DNA of 64,000 nucleotides from Eledone cirrhosa (Eukaryota): NCBI GenBank assembly GCA_964016885.1, contig CAXHJY010000130.1, positions 1,743 to 65,742 of the forward strand, read 5' to 3'. Shown piece by piece: positions 50,619 to 64,000 of this stretch (position 1 is its first letter; each line of letters starts with the position of its first letter). The notes under the pieces were generated by a model. It saw only the letters and a program-made list of their open reading frames with translations, ran no database searches and was not told where the DNA came from. The position numbers and the translations under genes were made by a program.

Positions 50619-51942
50619 GTAAGTAATTCATATTGCTATATATTGTATATTTGTTGATGTTTTAAATTAGTTTAGTTGAATTTATCAATTGTACACAAGA
50701 CGTGTCATAGCTCCAGTGTGACTCTATGAGAGTTGAAGATTATTAGGACTTACCTGTCCACTAAAATATCACATGACACATTACACTACCTAGATACATA
50801 GGTAATATCAAATATCCCGTATTGTGACACCAAGGAGACGAGAAGCCAATGATCAACATGCCAAACTTCTCTCTAGTGTTTCATGTTTAAATCTTATGTT
50901 ATTTATATGGTCAGATGTATAAGGTACCAGTACGGCTTACATCTTCACATTGTTCACAGTTGTTGAAAAACAAAGTGTAAGGTCTTGTAAGCTCTATCGC
51001 GATTGATAGAGAAGTTATCGATCTATATATGTGATCAGTTACATCTAATTCTTTAGGATGGTGAATTGACAGAGTCGATAGAACATCGGACACAATACTT
51101 TGGGGTATTTGTCGTGACTCTTTCCACTCAAGTTTCACACCTCATTGTGGTAAAGTTTGTCTTCCATAATCTAGTGAGGTGTATAGTTAGATTTGTTACA
51201 ACATCTGATGAGATGTGATATTTCTTACGGTTATTTGCCTTCTATAGTGTCTTCAGTGATGGACTTAATACGTAATCCAGCTTAACACTACCGCTTTGGT
51301 TGTTTTTTTTACCTTTAACGTAGTTCACTCTCCTGCAAACATTCAAGAGAAATCTCTAGTTTGGAGGTAATTTTCTCTTTTTTTCACACCATTCTCGAAG
51401 ACACAGAAAATTAAAGTATCGTGAACGTTAGGTTTCCTTATGTGCTTAAAAAATTGTGTTGTTCTTGTTTAGAAAAAAGTATGATTTGTATTGTAAAATT
51501 TTGTATATATTTTTTCCTTTATCTGTTTTGTTTTCTATGATTTGATATTTCTATCATTATTGTGGGAGACGTAGTATTTCTGTTTTAAGGCCGTATTATG
51601 GTCAATGAAATCAAAATATCTCAGAGCGAACTTATGTATGTATGTATGTATGTATGTATGTATGTATGTATGTATGTATGTATGTATGTATGTATGTATG
51701 TATTTATGTCAGGTCGTTCTCGAGTGCTATTGGTGACATGTAACCCAGTACAATCTGTCTCATGGTCGGGTCGTCGGCAACTAAACCGGCAACTCCACCA
51801 AGTATTATTAAATGCAAGTATCTCCCTACATACAGGAAATTAAAATCAATAGCTTAATATCTTATGTATAATAGAATATATACCATATTGATATTACAGT
51901 GTTAGATATAAATATAATTATTGATCATATGATTTTTTACAG

Positions 51943-54900
51943 ACGAATGTACCCATAATGGTAAACAATATAACGGAGCATTTAAAATCGACTGCAATAC
52001 ATGTGTGTGTACTGAAACGGGCCAAGCACTGTGTACAAGCAAAAGTTGTGGCTATGGACAGCGACATACATGTTGGTATCAAGGTAAACGTTACGCTGTA
52101 GGACAGACATCTCAACAATCATGTAATAAATGTGTATGTAAAGCCAGTGGTCAAATGGAATGTACAAATAATGTGTGCCAGTGTCAATATAAAGGTAATG
52201 TCCACAACCATGGACAGACCTTCAAAGATGGATGTAAGTCTTGTACTTGTCAAATTAGCGGAACAGTGCAGTGTAGCAATCAAGGATGTGAATGTTATCA
52301 CAAGAACATTCGCTATCAAACCGGACACACATTCTCAGATGATTGCAATACATGTGAATGTTTAAGTGATGGAACAGTTAAATGTACTCAGAAAATGTGT
52401 AAATGTTACTACAGAGGAAAGATATTTAATGTAGGAGAGAAAATTGAAGAAGATTGCAACACTTGCAACTGTCGAGGTAATGGTCAAGTAGATTGTATAA
52501 AGAATACGTGTCAGTGTACATATAAAGGAGAGGTTTATCAAATTCGTCAAAGATTTAATGAAGAATGTAACCAATGTGTTTGTCAGTCAAATGGAGATGT
52601 TCAATGTACCAGTAACGTCTGTAAATGTACATACAATAACCAGGTCTATAATATTGGTGCTACATTTAATCAGGACTGCAACACCTGTATCTGTCAACAA
52701 ACTGGACAGTTCCATTGTACATATAAGCAGTGTCAATGTACATATAAAGGACAGGTTTATCAGATTAGTCAAAGATTTAAAGAAGAATGTAACCAATGTG
52801 TTTGTCAGTCAAATGGAGATGTTCAATGTACCAGTAACGTCTGTAAATGTACATACAACAACCAGGTCTATAATACCGGGGCTTTATTTTATCAGGACTG
52901 TAACACCTGTACCTGTCAACAAAATGGACAGGTCCAATGTACAAATAACCCCTGTCAATGTACATATAATGGACAGGTTTATCAAACTAGTCAAAGATTT
53001 AATGAAGAATGTAACCAATGTGTTTGTCAGTCAAATGGAGATGTTCAATGTACCAGTAACGTCTGTAAATGTACATACAACAACCAGATCTATAATATCG
53101 GGGCTACATTTAATCATGACTGTAACACCTGTATCTGTCAACAAAAAGGACAGATTCAATGTACAAATAAGCAGTGTCAATGTACATATAATGGACAGGT
53201 TTATCAAATTCGTCAAAGATTTAACGATGATTGTAACCAATGTGAATGTTTATCTAGTGGTACAGTGCAGTGTTCTAACAAGCCATGTATATGTTTTGAA
53301 AATGGAAGATCTTACCCCATTGGTACTACATTTAGCAAGGACTGCAACACCTGTACCTGTCAACAAAATGGAGACGTACAATGTACAAATAACCGTTGTC
53401 AATGTACATATAAAGGACAGGTTTATCAAACTAGTCAAAGATTTAATGAAGAATGTAACCAATGTGTTTGTCAGTCAAATGGAGATGTTCAATGTACCAG
53501 TAACGTCTGTAAATGTACATACAACAACCAGGTCTATAATATCGGGGCTTCATTTAATCAGGACTGCAACACCTGCACCTGTCAAGAAAAAGGACAGGTC
53601 CAATGTACATATAAGCAGTGTCAATGTACACATGAAGGTCATGTTTACCAAACTCATCAAAGATTTTACGATGATTGTAACCAATGTGAATGTTTATCTA
53701 GTGGTACAGTGCAGTGCTCTAACAAGCCATGTAAATGTTTTGAAAATGGAAGATCTTACCCCATTGGTGCTAGATTTATCAAGGACTGTAACATATGCAC
53801 CTGTCAACAAAATGGACAGGTCCAATGTACAAATAAGCAGTGTCAGTGTACATATGAAGGACAGGTTTATCAAAGTAGTCAAAGATTTAAAGAAAAATGT
53901 AACCAATGTGTTTGTCAGTCAAATGGAGTTGTTCAATGTACCAGTAACGTCTGTAAATGTACCTACAACAACCAGATCTATAATATCGGGGCTTCATTTA
54001 ATCATGATTGCAACACCTGTACCTGTCAACAAAATGGACAGGTCCAATGTTCAAATAAGCAGTGTCAGTGTACATATAAAGGACTGGTTTATCAAACTAG
54101 TCAAAGATTTAATGAAGAATGTAACCAATGTGTTTGTCAGTCAAATGGAGATGTTCAATGTACCAGTAACGTCTGTAAATGTACCTACAACAACCAGATC
54201 TATAATAACGGGGATTCATTTAACCATGACTGTAACACCTGTATCTGTCAAGAAAAAGGACAGATCCAATGTACAAATAACCCCTGTCAATGTACACATA
54301 AAGGACAGGTTTATCAAATTAATCAGAGATTTAATGAAGAATGTAACCAATGTGTTTGTCAGTCAAATGGAGTTGTTCAATGTACCAGTAACGTCTGTAA
54401 ATGTACCTACAACAACCAGATCTATAATATTGGGGCTTCATTTAATCAGGACTGCAACACCTGCACTTGTCAACAAAATAGACAGGTCCAATGTTCAAAT
54501 AACCCCTGTCAATGTACATATAAAGGACAGGTTTATCAAACTAGTCAAAGATTTAATGAAGAATGTAACCAATGTGTTTGTCAGTCAAATGGAGATGTTC
54601 AATGTACCAGTAACGTCTGTAAATGTACCTACAATAACCAGATCTATCATATCGGTACTACATTTCATCAGGACTGCAATACCTGCACTTGTCAACAAAA
54701 TAGACAGGTCCAATGTTCAAATAACCCCTGTCAATGTACATATAAAGAACAGGTTTATCAAACTAGTCAAAGATTTAATGAAGAATGTAACCAATGTGTT
54801 TGTCAGTCAAATGGAGATGTTCAATGTACCGAAAAAATTTGTAAATGTACCTACAATAACCAGATCTATAATATCGGGGCTTCATTTAATCAGGACTGCA

Positions 54901-57900
54901 ACATCTGCACTTGTCAAGAAAATAGACAGGTCCAATGTTCAAATAACCCCTGTCAATGTACATATAAAGGACTGGTTTATCAAACTAGTCAAAGATTTAA
55001 TGAAGAATGTAACCAATGTGTTTGTCAGTCAAATGGAGATGTTCAATGTACCGAAAAAATTTGTAAATGTACCTACAATAACCAGATCTATAATATCGGG
55101 GCTTCATTTAATCAGGACTGCAACATCTGCACTTGTCAAGAAAATAGACAGGTCCAATGTTCAAATAACCCCTGTCAATGTACATATAAAGGACTGGTTT
55201 ATCAAACTAGTCAAAGATTTAATGAAGAATGTAACCAATGTGTTTGTCAGTCAAATGGAGATGTTCAATGTACCGAAAAAATTTGTAAATGTACCTACAA
55301 TAACCAGATCTATCATATCGGTACTACATTTAATCAGGACTGCAACACCTGCACTTGTCAACAAAATGAACAAGTCCAATGTTCCAATAACCCATGTCAA
55401 TGTACATATAAAGGACAGGTTTATCAAACTAGTCAAATATTTAATGAAGAATGTAACCAATGTGTTTGTCAGTCAAATGGAGATGTTCAATGTACCAGTA
55501 ACGTCTGTAAATGTACATACAACAACCAGATCTATAATATCGGGGCTTCATTTAATCAGGACTGCAACACCTGCACTTGTCAACAAAATAGACAGGTCCA
55601 ATGTTCAAATAACCCCTGTCAATGTACATATAAAGGACAGGTTTATCAAACTAGTCAAAGATTTAATGAAGAATGTAACCAATGTGTTTGTCAGTCAAAT
55701 GGAGATGTTCAATGTACCAGTAACGTCTGTAAATGTACATACAACAACCAGATCTATAATATCGGGGCTTCATTTAATCAGGACTGCAACACCTGCACTT
55801 GTCAACAAAATAGACAGGTCCAATGTTCAAATAACCCCTGTCAATGTACATATAAAGGACAGGTTTATCAAACTAGTCAAAGATTTAATGAAGAATGTAA
55901 CCAATGTGTTTGTCAGTCAAATGGAGATGTTCAATGTACCAGTAACGTCTGTAAATGTACATACAACAACCAGATCTATAATATCGGGGCTTCATTTAAT
56001 CAGGACTGCAACACCTGCACTTGTCAACAAAATAGACAGGTCCAATGTTCAAATAACCCCTGTCAATGTACATATAAAGGACAGGTTTATCAAACTAGTC
56101 AAAGATTTAATGAAGAATGTAACCAATGTGTTTGTCAGTCAAATGGAGATGTTCAATGTACCAGTAACGTCTGTAAATGTACATACAACAACCAGATCTA
56201 TAATATCGGGGCTTCATTTAATCAGGACTGCAACACCTGCACTTGTCAACAAAATAGACAGGTCCAATGTTCAAATAACCCCTGTCAATGTACATATAAA
56301 GGACAGGTTTATCAAACTAGTCAAAGATTTAATGAAGAATGTAACCAATGTGTTTGTCAGTCAAATGGAGATGTTCAATGTACCAGTAACGTCTGTAAAT
56401 GTACATACAACAACCAGGTCTATAATATCGGTGCTTTATTTAACCAGGGCTGTAACACCTGTATCTGTCAAGAAAAAGGAGAGATCCAATGTTCAAATAA
56501 CCCCTGTCAATGTACATATAAAGGACAGGTTTATCAAATTAGTCAAAGATTTAATGAAGAATGTAACCAATGTGTTTGTCAGTCAAATGGAGATGTTCAA
56601 TGTACCAGTAACGTCTGTAAATGTACATACAACAACCAGGTCTATAATATTGGTACTACATTTAATCAGGACTGTAACGCATGCACCTGTCAACAAAATG
56701 GACAGGTCCAATGTTCCAATAACCCCTGTCAATGTACATATAAAGGACAGGTTTATCAAACTAGTCATAGATTTAATGAAGAATGTAACCAATGTGTTTG
56801 TCAGTTAAATGGAGATGTTCAATGTACCGACAAAATTTGTAAATGTACCTACAATAACCAGATCTATAATATCGGTATTACATTTAATCAGGACTGCAAC
56901 ACCTGCACCTGTCAACAAAATGGACAGGTCCAATGTACAAATAAGCAGTGTCAATGTACATATAAAGCAGAGGTTTATCAAATTAGTCAAAGATTTAATG
57001 AAGAATGTAACCAATGTGTTTGTCAGTCAAATGGAGATGTTCAATGCACAAGTAACGTCTGTAAATGTACATACAACAACCAGATCTATAATATTGGTGC
57101 TACATTTAATCAGGACTGTAACGCATGCACCTGTCAACAAAATGGACAGGTCCAATGTTCAAATAACCGTTGTCATTGTACATATAAAGGACAGGTTTAT
57201 GAAATTCGTCAAATATTTAATGAAGAATGTAACCAATGTGTTTGTCAGTCAAATGGAGATGTTCAATGTACCAGTAACGTCTGTAAATGTACATACAACA
57301 ACCAGATCTATAATATCGGGGCTTCATTTAATCAGGACTGTAACACCTGTACCTGTCAACAAAATAGACAAGTCCAATGTACAATTAAGCAGTGTCAATG
57401 TACATATAAAGGACAGGTTTATCAAATTCGTCAAAGATTTAACGATGATTGTAACCAATGTGAATGTTTATCTAGTAGTACTGTGCAGTGCTCTAACAAG
57501 GTTTGTAAATGTTTTGAAAATGGAAGATCTTACCCCATTGGTGCTACATTTAGCAAGGACTGCAATACATGCACATGTCAAATAGATGGTCGTATACAGT
57601 GTACAAGCAACCCATGTACCTGTACCTACAACAATAGACTTTATAATTTTGGACAACAATTCAGTGATGACTGTAACACCTGCACTTGTCAACAAAATAG
57701 ACAAGTCCAATGTTCAAATAACCCCTGTCAATGTACATATAAAGGACAGGTTTATCAAACTAGTCAAACATTTAATGAAGAATGTAACCAATGTGTTTGT
57801 CAGTCAAATGGAGATGTTCAATGTACCAGTGACGTCTGTAAATGTACATACAACAACCAGGTCTATAATATCGGAGCTTTATTTATCCAGGATTGCAACA

Positions 57901-58532
57901 CCTGTACCTGTCAACAAAATGGACAAGTCCAATGTTCAAATAAGCAGTGTCAATGTACATATAAAAGACAGGTTTATCAAATTAGTCAAAGATTTAATGA
58001 AGAATGTAACCAATGTGTTTGTCAGTCAAATGGAGATGTTCAATGTACCAGTAACGTCTGTAAATGTACATACAGCAACCAGGTCTATAATATTGGTACT
58101 ACATTCAATCAGGACTGTAACACTTGTACCTGTCAACAAAATGGTGTTGTAAGCTGTACTAAAATGCAATGTTCTTGTACATACAATGGTAAACGTTATG
58201 ATGTTGGTTCTATATTCCACAATGATTGCAACAAATGTCAGTGCCATGATGATGGAAGAGTCCAATGTGAACAGAACAAATGCTCCAAACCATGCCTATT
58301 CAATGGAAAAACCTTTTCTGTCGGAGGCTCGTTTAAAAAAGACTGCAATACATGTACATGTGGACAGTTTGGTCAAGTAGCATGTACTAAAATGTACTGT
58401 CCTAAATCGAAATGTGAACTTAAAGGAAAAGTTTTCGAAGCCAACCAAATATTTATGTTTGAAGATAAATGCAATATATGCCGGTGTAAACACGGGAAAA
58501 TAAAGTGTACCAACTATGACTGTTATGATAAG
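51943..58532 (+). CDS. Exon 2 (6590 nt): 59 tandem six-Cys pacifastin/VWC-subdomain-like modules
   Basis: TTTTTTACAG acceptor ending 51942; uninterrupted frame; module C-x16-CN-x-C-x-C-x3-G-x3-C(T/S)-x3-C; AAG|GTTAGT donor at 58533. Confidence 0.93.
52071..58286 (+). repeat. Coding tandem repeat: 56 x 111 nt with 222-nt A/B higher-order unit
   Basis: 6216 nt = 56 x 111, no indels. Alternating CTYKGQVYQTSQRFNEEC.. and CTYNNQIYNIGASFNQDC.. modules. Confidence 0.95.
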
Positions 58533-58909
58533 GTTAGTAATTTGTTTTATTAGTTTAGTCATTATTTCAAATATAATAAATTTAATCTATTTTGCTTTCC
58601 ACTGATTTTATTATGCAGAATAATAAGAATTAATCATTATGTTCAGACCTTGTGTATATGTATATATTTACTACACCACATTAATATTCTCTTCATCACA
58701 AAACGTTTTCTATTATATATTTGTACACAATCAATGATTAATAAGAAAATATATAGAAACCATTAAATATTTATCGGATATCATTGACACTTTTCCCAAA
58801 TCACTGATATATAGATATATATATATATTGCACTATATCATCCTTACATTTCAAAGTATATATTTTCAACATATATGTCGGTGAATGTTGTTGACAAGAT
58901 TCGGTAGGT

Positions 58910-59950
58910 TGTGGCTGATACGCTGAGGAATGTTGTCCATATTCTTGGCTCTGCAATTCTCTCGAAAGTCATTCTAGTATACTTGGAGATCAAACTCACG
59001 TTCAACATCATGAAGGACTGTTTTGCACTCCCAAAACTTCTCTTTTCAATGTGCAGTGAACTATATCCTCCCAAATCGTAACATCTCAGCGACCTTTCCG
59101 CCACAATCTGTTGCTGCACCGAACTCACCTGCAAAGTCAGTTTTGATGAAATAGGTTGACAATAGGTGAAACTCTCTATGAGTTTGAGTGGCTTCCGCCT
59201 CCGTTCAGCATCTGATATGGCACTGCCGGCTTACCTTTCATTCATTATCTCTAATCGCATCCTCATCCACGAGGTTCATTGAAATACATAAGAATCTGAT
59301 ATTGAATGGGAACTCGAATCAGCTCTGGCTATCTGATGATAACCTCACTCTTCCTCAGTATACTGGTTACCAATAACATCAAATGTAGTTCAACCTGTAC
59401 GAGGATTGAATCTTCCCTCGAGTAACAGTCTCACCCACCTCTGCGTCGCAGTCAACCAGTGATGTGTAGTTCAATTGTGTTCTTTCTTCATCAACAGAGT
59501 GAACACACAGAGTAATCCTACACCTTAGCCTCCGTGTGTGTGTTAGCCCCACAAATACCGTTGTCGATCACTGTCAGCTAGTTTAGACTACATCAACTCT
59601 CTTGTCTCCACATTACATGTCTATTCTCTTGGTACGTCTCTTTCAATGTCATCATTCGAAGGAGCCTTGATGTGACTGGTTTCCAATCATAATGGGAACC
59701 TTTCGGCATCAACTGCGGTGTCAGTAGGTGCTCAGGCCTGATAATCCTTTTTCCACTCGAGACGCCATATGTTGCAACACGTTCTCTGATACCGATCTCA
59801 TCAATATGACAACAAACCTGACCATCACCGCTCGTAATGCGGAAGATAATTAAATTTCGAGTTTTGACTGATCGTATTTGCGTTGACTTACTATCGAGAC
59901 ACGTGGCTAAGCATTCCACAGACACGCGTACCCTTAACGTAATTCTCAGG
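58910..59950 (+). mobile_element. Old, degenerate CRE-clade fragment in intron 2
   Basis: Relic translations resembling NCFVIPKLLY and FDDIGWQQATLP..GLRS..ALPAYLS of the 46261 copy. Confidence 0.55.
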
Positions 59951-60009
59951 GAGATTCAGCATAACACAGTATGTAACAAGGCTGGCCGTTCAAATTACAG
60001 GTACAATAC

Positions 60010-60163
60010 ATTTTTGCCAGCTGAGTGAACTGGAACAACGTGTAATAAAGTGTCAAAACGAGCTCAACGAGCTCAAGAACACAAAACGTCGCCGGGAATC
60101 GAACTCCCGATTTTACGATTGTGAGCCGAATACCCTAACCACTAACCACAAAGCCATGCACCT
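60010..60163 (-). mobile_element. tRNA-derived SINE, second family
   Basis: Minus strand TGGTTAGTGGTTAGGGTATTCGGCTCACAATCG...GAGTTCGATTCCCGG head. Confidence 0.65.
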
Positions 60164-60253
60164 TTACAACGTCATATGTATTCATTATTTCAAACACACC
60201 TTAAACATAACAAGTCTGTTAAATATATTATCTTATCAATTAATTTATTGCAG

Positions 60254-60268
60254 GTACGACGATACTAA
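60254..60268 (+). CDS. Candidate terminal exon (VRRY-stop) with 3' UTR to ~60360
   Basis: TTTATTGCAG acceptor ending 60253; phase 0 reading GTA CGA CGA TAC TAA; AATAAA at 60340. Confidence 0.55.
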   Translation, partial: VRRY

Positions 60269-60339
60269 AAGAAGAGAAGTTGGTGTATTCGATCACCTTA
60301 CTAAATGTAAATATTGCAAATGAAACATTATATTTATTT

Positions 60340-60345
60340 AATAAA
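60340..60345 (+). terminator. Candidate polyadenylation signal
   Basis: AATAAA ~70 nt after the candidate stop. Confidence 0.5.
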
Positions 60346-60386
60346 AATCATATTTATATATCATCATATCACAGTTTTATTGTTTA

Positions 60387-62300
<1,914 letters not shown>

Positions 62301-62861
62301 TTTAATGAATATAAAACTCTTCATAAAATATCTCATTCTCTTTTTCTTTTTTCTTCAAATAAATAAATAGGTTTAAATTACGAATGTCACGTTTATTATT
62401 ATATCGCAATTCTAGTAATATTTTAGTAAATTTTTAAAACATAAGAAAGTGTGAAAAACTAAATTTAGTTTATTCGTTAAATCGTATTTTTGTTGCAATA
62501 TTGAGTACATTTTTAAAACAAAGTGAAAATATATTATTATATTCATCACAATGAATTAAAATTGTACCTTTTTTAGAAAAGAGTTGCCATTGTTGGTGTG
62601 GAAGCGATCGTCATCTTGTTTATATTTGTGGAGATGTTTGTGATTTAATTTAAGTGCCACTGCAAGACTAGAACTTCACTACTCAGTAACACAAACTGAT
62701 CCATGACCTTTAAAACGTAGGGTAATTTCCTGGGATATTTTGGGGGAAAAATTGCTTCTTATCAGCCGTCAAATTCGGTATTTATATATAGTTAAAGGAA
62801 ACGACGATCACATGTAGAAAAAGTTCGTTTCGCTCTTAGATGGAAAAGGGGAAAGAAAGTT

Positions 62862-62872
62862 ATATAGATACA

Positions 62873-62909
<37 letters not shown>

Positions 62910-62918
62910 ATATATATG

Positions 62919-62949
<31 letters not shown>

Positions 62950-63351
62950 GTATATATATATGTATATATATATATATGTATATATATGTATATGTATATG
63001 TATATATATATATGTATATATGTATATGTATATGTATATATTTATATGTATATATATATATGTATATATGTATATGTATATGTATATATGTATATGTATA
63101 TATATAGTATATGTATATATATATATGTATATATATATGTATATATATATGTATATATAAATTATATATAGTATATATATGTATATGTATATATATATGT
63201 ATATATATATGTAATGTATATATATATGTATATATATATGTATATATATGTATAGTATATATATATGTATTATATATGTATATATATATGTATATATATG
63301 TATATTATATTATATATATATGTATATTATATATATATATGTATATATATG

Positions 63352-63382
<31 letters not shown>

Positions 63383-63606
63383 GTATATATAGTATATGTA
63401 TATATATATATATATATGTATATGTAATATATATATATATATAGTATATGTATATATATATATGTATATGTATATTATATATATATGTATATATATATAG
63501 TATATATATATATGTATTATATGTATATGTATATATATATGTATATGTATAATATATATATGTATATATATATATGTATATATATATATGTATATATATA
63601 TATATG

Positions 63607-63638
<32 letters not shown>

Positions 63639-64000
63639 TGTATATATATGTATATGTATATATATATGTATATATGTATATATGTATATTATATATGTAT
63701 ATATATATATGTATATATATGTATATGTATATATATATATGTAATATATATATGTAATATAGTATATGTATATATATATATGTATATATATATATGTATA
63801 TATATATATGTATATATATATTATATATGTATATGTATATATATATATGTATTGTATATATATGTATATATATATATGTATATATATATATGTATATATA
63901 TTATATGTTTATATTATATGTAATATATATATAATGTATTATATATGTTATATGTATATATATAGTATATGTATATATATGTATATGTATATGTATATGT
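62862..64000. repeat. Compound (TA)n/(TATG)n microsatellite tract
   Basis: More than 1.1 kb of almost only TA with interspersed TG. Confidence 0.97.

Noticed and set aside
52005-52007. ORF-track start of the 2182-aa protein
   Set aside because: It is an internal GTG. The frame extends back to the acceptor at 51942 and splices to the signal-peptide exon.
52558-56808. 1416-aa overlapping ORF in another frame (plus 56809-57585, 57586-58152 and short antisense ORFs)
   Set aside because: Shadow of the tandem repeat: a stop-free 222-nt unit gives a long frame automatically. It is broken by stops where units vary and has no signal or splice support.
62840-63923. YI/MYV/CV/HT-rich ORFs here and throughout the window
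   Set aside because: Translations of (TA)n, (TATG)n and (CA)n microsatellites.

Overview
Eukaryotic, AT-rich, microsatellite-saturated animal DNA. The tRNA-derived SINEs and repeat landscape suggest an octopod cephalopod (inference). The first ~49 kb is almost entirely mobile DNA. It contains: a head-to-tail stack of Helitrons, one carrying a Ulp1-like protease and a truncated Rep; three Penelope-like (PLE) retroelement bodies; about 20 hammerhead-ribozyme (HHR) motifs in PLE termini and short non-coding repeats; an L1/Tx1 LINE; a ~9 kb cluster of R4-clade and RTE-derived elements, each bounded by (TATG)n; and CRE-clade fragments. The only host gene is a probable 3-exon gene (TATA 50453; exons 50558-50618, 51943-58532, 60254-60268; polyA signal 60340). 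It encodes a ~2221-aa secreted protein made of a signal peptide plus 59 tandem six-cysteine pacifastin/VWC-subdomain-like modules. All folds and alignments were done by eye; none were computed.
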